Of a stretch of DNA of 24,666 nucleotides, positions 8,119 through 17,750 are shown one piece after another. Both the position numbers and the translations under genes were made by a program. The stretch lies in IMG/VR virus record IMGVR_UViG_3300039441_000235, positions 1-24,666 of that record; one strand, given 5' to 3'. Position 1 is the stretch's first letter. Every line of letters begins with the position of its first letter. The notes under the pieces are model-generated. The model was not told the origin of the DNA. It saw only the letters and a program-made list of their open reading frames with translations, and did no database searches. Origin of the DNA: a virus (lineage: Duplodnaviria; Caudoviricetes).

Positions 8119-9936
8119 ATGCCGAACACTCTGCCGGTTTCGCGGCTCATCAATGTCCTGATCAACATGTCGCCCCAGGCCGCGCAGGGGGCCAACCTGA
8201 ACACCGGCCTGGTGCTGGGCGCCTCGTCGGTCATCGACCCGGGCGAGCGCTTCCGCGCCTACCCGTCGGCCGCTGCCGTGGCGAACGACTTGGGCCTCGC
8301 GTCGCCCGAATACCAGGCTGCCGCCCTGTATTTCAATCAGACCCCGCAGCCCCAGTCGCTGCTGGTCGGCCGCTGGGCAAAGACCGCGACGTCGGCAAAG
8401 CTGAAGGGCGGCCTGCTGTCCGTGGCGGCTCAGGCCATGGCAGCGTGGACCCTCGTTTCGAATGGCGGTTTCAACATCACGATCGATGGCACGGTCAAGA
8501 ACGTGACCGGCCTCGATTTCACCGCGCAGACGAACCTCAACGGCGTCGCGTCGGTGATCTCGACCGCGCTCGGCTCGGCTGGCTCGTGCGTCTGGAACGC
8601 CAGTTATAGCCGCTTCGAGATCACGAGCGCCTCGGCTGGTGCCGGCACGCCGGCAAACGGCACGATCACCCTGACGGGCAATCCTGCCGCGAACGACACC
8701 GTCACGATCGGGGGCACCGTCGTCACGTTCGTGGCCGCCAACCCGACGGGCAGCCAGGTGCTGATTGGCACCACCGCCGCTCAGACGGCCGCCAACCTGC
8801 AGGCATTCCTGCAGGCCTCGGCAGACACCAACCTGGTCAAGGCCAAGTACTCGACCTCGCTGGGTGTGGTGACGGTGACGTATGGTTCGGTGGGCACCGG
8901 CGGCAACGCGTTCACCCTGGCCAAGTCGTCGACCAACGTCACTTTGTCCGGCGCGACCCTGTCCGGCGGTGTCAATGCCTCGACGATCACCTATGCGACC
9001 GCGCCGGCCACCGGCACTGATATCTCTGCGCAGCTGGGTCTGACAACTGGTGTCGCCTCTGTGCCGGTCAACGGTGTAGCCGCTGAGCAGCCGGTGGATG
9101 CGGTCAACGCGATGGTCTCCAACTTCGGGCGCCAGTTCCTCGGCATCACGTTTGCCGACACGTCAATCACCGATGCGCAGCATCTGGCGGTGGCCGCGTA
9201 CGTCGAAGCGGACCAGGCACACCTGTATGGCATCACGTCGCAGGAAGCCGCGGCGGTGGATCCGACGCAGACCAGCGACATTGGCTACCAGCTGACGCAG
9301 CTCGGCTACAAGTACAGCTTCGCTCAGTGGTCGAGTTCGAGCCCCTATGCGGTTGCCTCGATGCTGGGGCGCCTGTTGACTGTCAACTTCAACGGCAACC
9401 GAACGACCATCACGCTGATGTACAAGACCGAGCCGGGTGTCGTGGCCGAGTCGCTGAACACGACCCAGGCCAACGCGCTCGACGCGAAGAAGTACAACTA
9501 CTACGTCAGCTACGACAACGGTACGGCGATCATCCAGAACGGGTGGTCCCCGAGCGGCATCTTCATCGACTCGATCTACAACGCGATCTGGTTCCGCAAC
9601 CGCGTGCAGACCGATCTGTACAACGCGCTTTACACGACCCCGACGAAGATCCCGCAGACCGATGCAGGCAACCAGATCTTGGCCGCGACCATCGAGTCTT
9701 CGTGCGCGGCTGCGGTCAACAACGGCTATCTGGCAGCGGGCGTCTGGAACCAGTCCGGCTTCGGCGCGCTGAACCAGGGCGACACGCTGTCGAAGGGCTA
9801 CTACGTGTACGCCCCGCCCATCTCGTCGCAGGCCCTGTCCGAACGGCAGGCCCGCAAGTCCGTCCCGTTCCAGGTCGCGGCTCTGGAAGCCGGCGCGATC
9901 CACTCGATCTCGCTGACCGTCAACGTTCAACGATAA
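8119..9936 (+). CDS. Tail sheath protein (DUF3383-like)
   Basis: LPVSRLINV start, [16 protein letters not shown] and AGAIH motifs. GGAG RBS precedes ATG 8119. Confidence 0.88.
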   Translation: MPNTLPVSRLINVLINMSPQAAQGANLNTGLVLGASSVIDPGERFRAYPSAAAVANDLGLASPEYQAAALYFNQTPQPQSLLVGRWAKTATSAKLKGGLLSVAAQAMAAWTLVSNGGFNITIDGTVKNVTGLDFTAQTNLNGVASVISTALGSAGSCVWNASYSRFEITSASAGAGTPANGTITLTGNPAANDTVTIGGTVVTFVAANPTGSQVLIGTTAAQTAANLQAFLQASADTNLVKAKYSTSLGVVTVTYGSVGTGGNAFTLAKSSTNVTLSGATLSGGVNASTITYATAPATGTDISAQLGLTTGVASVPVNGVAAEQPVDAVNAMVSNFGRQFLGITFADTSITDAQHLAVAAYVEADQAHLYGITSQEAAAVDPTQTSDIGYQLTQLGYKYSFAQWSSSSPYAVASMLGRLLTVNFNGNRTTITLMYKTEPGVVAESLNTTQANALDAKKYNYYVSYDNGTAIIQNGWSPSGIFIDSIYNAIWFRNRVQTDLYNALYTTPTKIPQTDAGNQILAATIESSCAAAVNNGYLAAGVWNQSGFGALNQGDTLSKGYYVYAPPISSQALSERQARKSVPFQVAALEAGAIHSISLTVNVQR

Positions 9937-9944
9937 GGTGAACC

Positions 9945-10385
9945 ATGCCCTCGTATAGCTTCAAAGACGTCACCGCCACGTTGGTCGGTCCGACCGGTAT
10001 GTTTTCTCTGGGCTATGGCTCTGGGAATGCCGAGGAAGGCATCGACGTCGTGGCCGCCGCTGACAAGAACACCATGACGGTCGGCGCCGACGGTGAAGGC
10101 ATGCACAGCCTGCACGCCGACAAGTCCGGGCAGGTCACCGTGCGCCTGCTAAAGACGAGCCCCATGAACCAGAAGCTGCAGGCCGCCTACGATGCGCAGG
10201 CGATCAGCGCAGCGCTGTGGGGCAAGAACATCATCACGATCTCGAACACCGCCGCGGGCGACCTGCACGTCGCGCGCGAGTGCGCGTTCAAGAAGAAGCC
10301 GGACATGAAGTACGCCAAGGACGGCGATATCATCAGCTGGGTGTTCGACGCCATCAAGGTCGACTCGGTGCTGGGCACCTACTGA
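9945..10385 (+). CDS. Tail tube protein (DUF3277-like)
   Basis: YSFKDV, NTMTVGADG and LLKTSP.N motifs; follows the sheath. Confidence 0.85.
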   Translation: MPSYSFKDVTATLVGPTGMFSLGYGSGNAEEGIDVVAAADKNTMTVGADGEGMHSLHADKSGQVTVRLLKTSPMNQKLQAAYDAQAISAALWGKNIITISNTAAGDLHVARECAFKKKPDMKYAKDGDIISWVFDAIKVDSVLGTY

Positions 10386-10397
10386 TTGGGGACGTAG

Positions 10398-10853
10398 ATG
10401 CAGACGATTGAATTTGATATCGCCGGCCAGTCGTACCGCGCCGGAAAGCTCGACACCTTCAAGCAGTTGCACGTGTCCCGCAAGATCGGGCCAGTTGTGC
10501 CCAAACTGCTGCCGGCGTTCCTCAAGATCGCCGAGTCGGCAAAGACGGGCGCGGCAAAGGACGATCTGGACGGCATTGCCGCCGCAGTCGAACCACTCGT
10601 TCAGGCGCTCGCCGCCATGACCGACGAGGACTTCGACTACGTGGTTCACGCATGCCTGGCGGTTGTCCAGCGTCAGCAGCAGGGCAACTGGGCTTCCGTC
10701 TGGGTGCCTGGCGGCGGCCTGATGTTCGACGACATAGACCTGGGCGCCACGGTCCAGCTCGTCGCGAAGGTGGTCTGGCACAGCCTTGGCCCTTTCTTGT
10801 CCGGGTTCCTCGCGAAAGTTCCGGCGATGAACCCGGCGCCCCCCGCGGCATAA
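10398..10853 (+). CDS. Tail assembly chaperone (gpG-like)
   Basis: KLDTFKQLHVSRK and LMFDDIDL motifs; lies between tube and tape measure. Confidence 0.8.
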   Translation: MQTIEFDIAGQSYRAGKLDTFKQLHVSRKIGPVVPKLLPAFLKIAESAKTGAAKDDLDGIAAAVEPLVQALAAMTDEDFDYVVHACLAVVQRQQQGNWASVWVPGGGLMFDDIDLGATVQLVAKVVWHSLGPFLSGFLAKVPAMNPAPPAA

Positions 10854-11044
10854 CGTGGTCATGCCTGCCTGATGGTCTCGACTGGCTGATGCGGCCGGTC
10901 GTGAAGGGCATGTGCCTGTATGAGAGCCTGAAGGACGGCACCATCGACCTCGCGGACATTGCGCTGATGAATGAGGCGCTGGACGTGCTCGCCGAGAACA
11001 CGCAGTTGGCGCGGCAACTCACCGAAGACAAACATGGCAGGTAA
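10790..11044 (+). CDS. gpT-like -1 frame extension of the tail chaperone
   Basis: The -1 frame is open, encodes LPDGLDWLMRPV...LKDGTIDLADIALMN and has no good start of its own. A slippery C CCT TTC lies at 10790-10796. Confidence 0.65.
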   Translation, partial: PFLVRVPRESSGDEPGAPRGITWSCLPDGLDWLMRPVVKGMCLYESLKDGTIDLADIALMNEALDVLAENTQLARQLTEDKHGR

Positions 11045-12896
11045 CGTCGACACCATCCGCGAGTTCCTCGTCTCGCTCGGCTTCAAGGTCGACGAGCGCG
11101 GCCAGAAGAAGTTCACCGATGGCGTCCTCGCCGCGACGTTGAAGGTTGCGGAACTCGGCATCGCGGTCAAAACGGCATCTGCCGCTGTGGTAGCCAGTGT
11201 CACGGTTATCGCCTCGCAGATGGAGGCGCTGTACTTCGCTTCGCAGCGCACCGGCGCGGCGGTCGAGAACATTCAGGCGCTGGGCTTTGCCGCTGCCCAG
11301 ATGGGATCCAGCGCCGAGGCGGCGCGCGGCTCGCTCGAGAACCTCGCGCGTTTCATGCGCAACAGCCCGGGCGCCGAGGGGCTCATCACGAGCCTTGGCG
11401 TCCAGACGCGCGCCGCCAATGGTGCGCTGCGCGACACCACCGAGATCCTCTCGGAGTTGGGCGGCAAGTTCGCCAACATGCCGTACTACCGGGCGAACGC
11501 GTACGCCCAGGCGCTGGGGATCGATGAAAAGACCCTGATGGCCCTGCGCGAGGGCATGGGGCAGTTCGGCGACGACTACAAGGACATGCTGGCTAAGGCC
11601 GGTATGGACTCGCAGGAAGCGGCAAAGTCGTCGCACGCCTTCATGAACGAGGTGCGCGCGCTGGGCTCGGCGTTCGTCATTCTGGGCCAGAAGGTGGCCA
11701 CCAGCCTGACTGGCAAGCTGTCCGGTGATATCCGCCGCTTCCGCGACGGCCTGGTCGACAACTTCGGGCGCATCTCCAACATCGTCGAGAAGGTCGCCGG
11801 TGCGGTATTGACGCTGGCGGACATCATCAGCACGCTGGCGCTGCGCGGAATGCAGGCCATCGGCGCGGTGGTCGACTGGTTCAACGGGCTGGACGGCACC
11901 ACGAAGATGGTGATGGCAACCGTCGCCGCCCTGGGCGTCGCCTGGAAGGTTTTGAACGCTGGATTCCTGGCTACGCCAATCGGCCGAATCGTGGCGCTCG
12001 GGACAGCCATCCTGGCGCTCTACGACGACTACAAGGTCTGGAAGGAAGGTGGCCAGACGCTGATCGACTGGTCAAAGTGGGAACCGGGTATCAAGGCTGC
12101 AGGCAAGGCCATTAGCTGGCTGAAGGATCTGCTCGGCGACATGCTGTACCGGGCGATCGCCGCGGTGGACGCTGTCGACGCCATCATCCACAAGGACTGG
12201 AACAGGCTGAAGTTCGCGGTCGGCGAGTTCCTGCACGGCAACGGCAAGAAGTACGGCGAATCGGAATCCGGGCAACCTGGTGCTGCGCCGGCGCCATCCC
12301 CGACACCGGCCCCCGCACCTGCGGCAGGCGATCCGCGCCAGCCGCGCGGGATTCGCAACAACAATCCTGGCAACCTGAACTACGTCGGGCAGGCCGGCGC
12401 CACGAGGGAGGACGATCCGAACGGGCGGTTCGCGGTGTTCCAGAGCGCCGAGGATGGCTTGCGCGCCCTGTCGGACCAGTTGCGCCGGTATGCGCAGCGT
12501 GGGATCAACTCGGTGCGCGCGATCATCTCGCGATTCGCACCGCCGAGCGAGAACAACACGCAGGCCTACATCGGCAGCGTGTCGCGACGCCTGGGCGTGG
12601 AATCCAATGCGGCACTCGACCTGAACGACCCGCGCCTGATGCACGGCCTGATGGACGCCATCATCAGGGTGGAGAACGGCCGTAACCCGTACAGCACCGA
12701 GCAGCTCGCTTCCGCATCGGCGGTGCGCGCGGCCGGCGGACAGGCGGCAGGTGCCGCGCCGGTCTCGCTTACCCAGACGACCACCATCCATGTGACTGGC
12801 GCGGCTGACGCGCAGGGTACAGCCGAGGCGGTTGGCCAAGCGCAGTCTGGTGTCAACCAGCGGCTGGTTCGAAACATGAGGACGGCAGTGGAATGA
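11034..12896 (+). CDS. Tape measure protein with C-terminal peptidoglycan hydrolase-like domain
   Basis: TIREFLVSLGF start, long helical Ala-rich region, Pro-rich linker, then an RGIRNNNPGNL...FAPPSENNT...VENG domain. Confidence 0.85.
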   Translation: MAGNVDTIREFLVSLGFKVDERGQKKFTDGVLAATLKVAELGIAVKTASAAVVASVTVIASQMEALYFASQRTGAAVENIQALGFAAAQMGSSAEAARGSLENLARFMRNSPGAEGLITSLGVQTRAANGALRDTTEILSELGGKFANMPYYRANAYAQALGIDEKTLMALREGMGQFGDDYKDMLAKAGMDSQEAAKSSHAFMNEVRALGSAFVILGQKVATSLTGKLSGDIRRFRDGLVDNFGRISNIVEKVAGAVLTLADIISTLALRGMQAIGAVVDWFNGLDGTTKMVMATVAALGVAWKVLNAGFLATPIGRIVALGTAILALYDDYKVWKEGGQTLIDWSKWEPGIKAAGKAISWLKDLLGDMLYRAIAAVDAVDAIIHKDWNRLKFAVGEFLHGNGKKYGESESGQPGAAPAPSPTPAPAPAAGDPRQPRGIRNNNPGNLNYVGQAGATREDDPNGRFAVFQSAEDGLRALSDQLRRYAQRGINSVRAIISRFAPPSENNTQAYIGSVSRRLGVESNAALDLNDPRLMHGLMDAIIRVENGRNPYSTEQLASASAVRAAGGQAAGAAPVSLTQTTTIHVTGAADAQGTAEAVGQAQSGVNQRLVRNMRTAVE

Positions 12897-13519
12897 ACAA
12901 TCTGGCAAAGAGCGGCATCGCGTTGGCCGCGCTCACCGCTGCCGACGTGGTGAGCGCATTCTTCGCCCCCAAGCGATCAATGAACTCGTCGCTCGGTTCG
13001 TTCAGCGCCTATATCACGATCGAGGAACACCATCACGACGAACTGGTTATCACTGACCATCCCGTCGAGCAGGGCGCGGCGATCTCCGATCATGCCTACA
13101 AGAAGCCGGCCGAGTTGACTCTCACTCTGGGGTGGACCAACAGCAGCCTGGCGGCCGTCGTGTCGCTGAAGTTCGGCAACTACTCAGCCTACGCGTACGA
13201 GAAGCTGTTGCAGCTGCAGAAGATGCGCGAGCCGTTCAGCATCTCCACGGGCAAGCGCAAGTACCAGAACATGCTGATCCAGTCGATCGACACCACGACC
13301 GACGCCAGAACCGAAAACGCCTTTGTCACGACGCTGCACTGCCGCGAGGTGATCATCGTCCAAACGACCACCACGCAGCTGCAGCCGACTGAGAACCAGG
13401 CGCTGCCACAGAAGACTGGCCAGACGACCAACACGGGCACGAAACAGCCGCAGGCGACGAATACCAGCCTGTTATACCGGGGCTATTCCGCTGGCAAGTC
13501 GGCGTTGGGGCTGAACTGA
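12893..13519 (+). CDS. Baseplate/tube initiator (Dit-like) protein
   Basis: ITDHPVEQGA.ISDHAY and TGKRKYQNMLI motifs; follows the tape measure. Confidence 0.75.
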   Translation: MNNLAKSGIALAALTAADVVSAFFAPKRSMNSSLGSFSAYITIEEHHHDELVITDHPVEQGAAISDHAYKKPAELTLTLGWTNSSLAAVVSLKFGNYSAYAYEKLLQLQKMREPFSISTGKRKYQNMLIQSIDTTTDARTENAFVTTLHCREVIIVQTTTTQLQPTENQALPQKTGQTTNTGTKQPQATNTSLLYRGYSAGKSALGLN

Positions 13520-13827
13520 TGCAGACCTTCGAGATTCCACTGTCGGCCCAGCCCCAGGTGTTCAACATCACCCTGGTGGGCGTGCAGTACCAATTCACGC
13601 TGCTGTGGCGGGATGCGGCGTATGGCGGCTGGTTCCTGGACATCGCTGATGCTGCCGGTAACGCGCTGGTGTCCGGTATCCCCTTGGTGACCGGGGTGGA
13701 TCTGCTGGCGCAGTACTCGTACCTGGCGTTCGGCTTCGAGCTGTGGGTCCAGACCGATGCGGCCGACGCGCCGCCGACGTTCACGAACCTCGGGACCGAC
13801 TCACATCTCTATTGCGTGGTGCCCTGA
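13519..13827 (+). CDS. Baseplate plug-like protein
   Basis: EIPLS..PQ.F.I and GIPLVTGVDLLAQY motifs; TGATG overlaps on both sides. Confidence 0.7.
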   Translation: MQTFEIPLSAQPQVFNITLVGVQYQFTLLWRDAAYGGWFLDIADAAGNALVSGIPLVTGVDLLAQYSYLAFGFELWVQTDAADAPPTFTNLGTDSHLYCVVP

Positions 13828-14750
13828 TGACGCAGCAGTGGATTCGACGTGTCAGCCTGGTGGTTGCCAATGCCAGCGGTCAGGGGCTAGACCTGTCCCA
13901 GCTGCACGTGCGGTTCAGGATCTGGAGTGCCACGACGCAGAGCCCGGAACACTCGACGATTCGGGTCTACAACGTGGCTGATGCGACAGCCAATAACATC
14001 AAGCAGGAATTCACGCGGGTCTTCCTGCAGGCGGGCTACGGCGACAACTTTGGCCTGATCTTCTCTGGTGCGATCAAGCAGGTGCGTAAAGGGCGTGAGA
14101 ACGCGACAGACACGTTCATCGACATCATCGCTGCCGATGGCGATGAGGCCTACAATTGGTCGGTCGTCAACACGACGCTGGCGGCTGGCTGGACGCAATC
14201 GGATTGCCACAGTGCGCTTGTGCAGTCGATGGCGCAGTACGGCATCGTGTCCGGCTACTCGCCGGAATTTGCGCCGACCAGGATGCCGCGTGGAAAGGTC
14301 TGCTACGGCATGACACGCGATTACGTACGGAGACTGGCGGATGCCAGCGGGTCGCACTGGACGCTGCGCGACGGGCAGCTGCAGATGGTTCCGGTGAACG
14401 GTTACCTGCCGGGCGAGGCGGTCGTGATGACCTCGGCGACGGGGATGGTCGGTATGCCAGTCCAGACGGTCGACGGCATCATCGTGAAGTGCCTGCTCAA
14501 CCCGAACATCCGGCCGGGGACACGGCTCAAGATCGACAACGCGAGCATCCAGCAGGCGCCGTTGAGCACCGACTACACGGCGACGAACTATTTCCCCAGT
14601 CTGGACGATGACGGGATCTACAAGGTCTATGCAATGTCGCGATCTGGCGACACGCGAGGCCAGGACTTCTACACCGAGATGATCTGTGCGGGCCTGAACG
14701 GTACGGCCCCGCTGACGTCGACCTACACGAACGCGGTGGCCAGTGGATAG
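13827..14750 (+). CDS. Baseplate hub protein
   Basis: TGATG-coupled start MTQQWIR; IRVYN, LQAGY, IF.G.I and CLLNPNI motifs. Confidence 0.75.
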   Translation: MTQQWIRRVSLVVANASGQGLDLSQLHVRFRIWSATTQSPEHSTIRVYNVADATANNIKQEFTRVFLQAGYGDNFGLIFSGAIKQVRKGRENATDTFIDIIAADGDEAYNWSVVNTTLAAGWTQSDCHSALVQSMAQYGIVSGYSPEFAPTRMPRGKVCYGMTRDYVRRLADASGSHWTLRDGQLQMVPVNGYLPGEAVVMTSATGMVGMPVQTVDGIIVKCLLNPNIRPGTRLKIDNASIQQAPLSTDYTATNYFPSLDDDGIYKVYAMSRSGDTRGQDFYTEMICAGLNGTAPLTSTYTNAVASG

Positions 14751-15489
14751 CAGAGAACGTTGGGACGATCCCGAGGAAGCGCTGCGCGTGGCGCTGGATG
14801 GGCTGCGATCTGGGATCTGGACGGCCATGCCCGGCATCATCCAGTCGTTCAGCGCAGGGGCGGTCACCGCAACCGTGCAGCTGGCGATCAAGGGCATCCA
14901 GCATTTCCCGGACGGCGCCGCCCGGTTCGTGAACATGCCGCTGCTCGTCGACGTGCCGGTGCACTTCCCTCGGGGCGGCGGGTGCACGCTGACCTTCCCT
15001 GTGGCCAAGGGAGACGAATGCCTGGTCGTATTCTCGGCGCGCTGCATTGACGCGTGGTGGCAGTCCGGCGGCGTGCAGCCCCCAATCGAGCCCCGCGTGC
15101 ATGACCTCAGTGACGGGTTCGCATTCGTGGGCTTCTTCTCGCAGGCCACCAAGATCGCTGGCATCAGCACCGCGAGCGCGCAGCTGCGCAGCAACGACGG
15201 CGCCACGTACATCGACCTGAACCCTACCAGCCAGAAGGTCAAGATCGTCGCACCGGGCGGATTCGATGTGGTCACGCCACTCGCCACGTTCTCGAATGGA
15301 GTCACCATCACCGGCCTGCTGACCTTCATAGGCGGCATGGTCGGTAGTGCTGTCAGCGGCGCCGCGGCGGTATTCAACGGGGTGCTGAACGTGATCGGCC
15401 AGATCACTGCCAACGGCAAGCGTGTGGATGACACCCATACGCACAATGGTGTCCAGCCGGGCAATGGGAATAGCGGTAACGTCAACTGA
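14743..15489 (+). CDS. Baseplate spike (gp138/gpV-like membrane-piercing protein)
   Basis: DVPVHFPRGGG.TLTFPV.KGDECLVVF OB-fold motif and a C-terminal HTH metal-binding tip (HTHNGV). Confidence 0.85.
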   Translation: MDSRERWDDPEEALRVALDGLRSGIWTAMPGIIQSFSAGAVTATVQLAIKGIQHFPDGAARFVNMPLLVDVPVHFPRGGGCTLTFPVAKGDECLVVFSARCIDAWWQSGGVQPPIEPRVHDLSDGFAFVGFFSQATKIAGISTASAQLRSNDGATYIDLNPTSQKVKIVAPGGFDVVTPLATFSNGVTITGLLTFIGGMVGSAVSGAAAVFNGVLNVIGQITANGKRVDDTHTHNGVQPGNGNSGNVN

Positions 15490-15497
15490 GGATTCTG

Positions 15498-15851
15498 ATG
15501 CGGTATCGAAAGATAGATGCCAATGGCGACTACGTCTGGGGGAACCAACAGGGCGATTTCTATCGCGATCAGGCCGAGGCGGTTGCCCAGGCGGCGAAGA
15601 CTCGGCTCGGCCTCACCCTCGGCGAGTGGTTCCTCGATGTCACGGACGGCATGCCGTGGAACACGGAGGTCCTTGGCAAGTACACACAGGACCAGTACGA
15701 CGCGGCGATCCGCGATCGCATTTTGGGCACGCCGGGCGTGACTGAGATCGTGGACTACTCGAGCACGCTGGACACGTCGATCCGGAAACTGACCGTCACG
15801 GTAACGATTAACACGCTGTACGGCCAAACCACCTTCACGACCACGATATGA
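15498..15851 (+). CDS. Baseplate wedge subunit (gpW/gp25-like)
   Basis: MRYRKID..GDY, GEWFLD and TLYG motifs; RBS GAGG. Confidence 0.8.
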   Translation: MRYRKIDANGDYVWGNQQGDFYRDQAEAVAQAAKTRLGLTLGEWFLDVTDGMPWNTEVLGKYTQDQYDAAIRDRILGTPGVTEIVDYSSTLDTSIRKLTVTVTINTLYGQTTFTTTI

Positions 15852-17032
15852 CCATCACTTCCGTCGCCCCGGTCATCAGCGCGGCCGGGATCAGCGCGCC
15901 GGCGTTCTCGGACGTCCTCGCCTATATCATCGGGAAGTACCAGGGTATCTATGGGTCGGATGTCTACCTGGGCAACGACTCGCAGGACTACCAATTTCTG
16001 TCGGCCGGCATCGCAACGCCGATCAATGACCTGAACGCCGCGATCATCGCGACCTACAACGGGTTCTCGCCGGCCTCTGCACAGGGCGCAAACTTGTCGA
16101 GCGTGGTCAAGATCAATGGCCTGAAGCGCAATACACCGAGCAACTCGACAGTCGACCAGATCATCGTTGGTGTGGCTGGAACGCCTATCATCAACGGCGT
16201 GACGCAGGACGCGAATCAGAATAAATGGAGTTTGCCGGCACTGGTCACGATCCCGCCAAGTGGCACGATCACGGTGACGGCAACTTGCCAGACGGCTGGA
16301 GCGGTTCAGGCAGGTATCGGCACGGTCAATCAGATCGCTACTCCGACGCTCGGCTGGCAGTCCGTCACGAACGCAAGTGCAGCAAACGCGGGCGCGCCAG
16401 TCGAAACCGATTCGCAACTCAAGGCGCGGCAGTCCACGTCGACGGCATTGCCGTCGCGCACGGTGCTGGAAGGCACTGTTGGCGCGGTGTGGGCGGTGCC
16501 CGGCGTCACGCGGGTGACGCCGTACGAGAACGATACGAGCGTTGTGGATGCCAACGGCATCCCGGGGAACAAGATCTACCTGGTGGTCGAGGGTGGTGAT
16601 TCGACGGCGATTGCGCAGGCCATCGCCGCGAAGAAGGGGCCAGGTTGCGGTACCTACGGCACCACCACGGTGCAGGTGACAGACGCCTATGGCATCGCGC
16701 ACCCGATCAGCTTCTACCGGCCTACCTACGACGCGATTACCTGCGCGATCGCGCTGAAGGCGCTCGCCGGCTACACGTCGACCATCGGTGCGTCGATCCA
16801 GGCGGCGGTGGCGGCCTATATCAACTCGGTGGTGATTGGCGGTGCGCCGAGCGGCTACATTGAATGGGACTCTGCGCTGACGGCTGCGAAGTCGGTACCA
16901 GGAAGCAATACTTTCCGGATCACGTCGCTGGTGCTGAGCGGGCCAGGCGGCACCGGTTCTCCAGATGTACCACTCGCATTCAATCACGCCGGACAGGCGA
17001 CATCTGCAAGCGTGACGATCACGCCTACCTGA
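15848..17032 (+). CDS. Baseplate J-like protein
   Basis: IYGSDVYL, ETDSQL.ARQ and VPGVTR...YEND...VVEGGD motifs. Confidence 0.85.
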   Translation: MTITSVAPVISAAGISAPAFSDVLAYIIGKYQGIYGSDVYLGNDSQDYQFLSAGIATPINDLNAAIIATYNGFSPASAQGANLSSVVKINGLKRNTPSNSTVDQIIVGVAGTPIINGVTQDANQNKWSLPALVTIPPSGTITVTATCQTAGAVQAGIGTVNQIATPTLGWQSVTNASAANAGAPVETDSQLKARQSTSTALPSRTVLEGTVGAVWAVPGVTRVTPYENDTSVVDANGIPGNKIYLVVEGGDSTAIAQAIAAKKGPGCGTYGTTTVQVTDAYGIAHPISFYRPTYDAITCAIALKALAGYTSTIGASIQAAVAAYINSVVIGGAPSGYIEWDSALTAAKSVPGSNTFRITSLVLSGPGGTGSPDVPLAFNHAGQATSASVTITPT

Positions 17033-17033
17033 T

Positions 17034-17693
17034 ATGGCCCAAGCATCCGATTACACCTCGCTCATCACCACCGAGCATGCGGACAAGCCCAAGTTCACCG
17101 CGATGGTGGCGGCTGCTGCGCAGTGCTTCGCGGACCAGATCAACGTCCTGCAGTCGATCCCGGCCGCGTTCGACCTGGACAACGCGGTCGGCGTGCAGCT
17201 CGAGGCTGTGGGCCTATGGGCAGGCATCAGGCGGCAGGTAAAAACGCCGCTGAACGTCTACTTCTCGCTGGACGTAGTCGGTCTCGGCTTTGATCAGGGC
17301 AACTGGCAGGGCCCGTTTGACCCGAGCACGGGTCTGACGTCACTCGACGACGAGACGTTCCGCACGCTGATTCGCGCGAAGATCGCTGCGAACAGCTGGG
17401 ATGGGACTGTGCCCGGCGCCGCGGCAGCCTACGCCAATCTGTTCGCGGGTACCGGAAGCAACATCTTCATCCAGGACAACCAGGACATGACGATGACGGT
17501 GGGTGTCTCGGGGGCAATCCCGAGCGCGCTGCTGCGGGCGCTGTTCTCTGGTGGATACCTGCCGCTCAAGCCCGAGGGCGTGCACGCGAACTACGTGGTG
17601 CCGTCAGCCAACAACACGCCTTTGTTCGGGTTCGACGTCCTGAACCAGTACATCGGTGGTTTCGATGCTGGGTCTTGGGCGGCAGCTGCCTGA
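17034..17693 (+). CDS. Baseplate wedge/tail fibre attachment protein (DUF2612-like)
   Basis: FDLDNAVGVQL, LDDETFR.LIRAKI..N.WDG and DNQDMTM motifs. Confidence 0.82.
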   Translation: MAQASDYTSLITTEHADKPKFTAMVAAAAQCFADQINVLQSIPAAFDLDNAVGVQLEAVGLWAGIRRQVKTPLNVYFSLDVVGLGFDQGNWQGPFDPSTGLTSLDDETFRTLIRAKIAANSWDGTVPGAAAAYANLFAGTGSNIFIQDNQDMTMTVGVSGAIPSALLRALFSGGYLPLKPEGVHANYVVPSANNTPLFGFDVLNQYIGGFDAGSWAAAA

Positions 17694-17711
17694 CTCTTAT
17701 CACTCCACAAT

Positions 17712-17739
17712 GGGCCGCCTTCGGGCGGCTCTTTCTTTT
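17712..17739 (+). terminator. Intrinsic terminator-like hairpin before the tail fibre gene
   Basis: GGGCCGCC-TTCG-GGCGGCTC followed by TTTCTTTT, with a cUUCGg tetraloop. Confidence 0.7.
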
Positions 17740-17750
17740 CCGGAGCCTCA

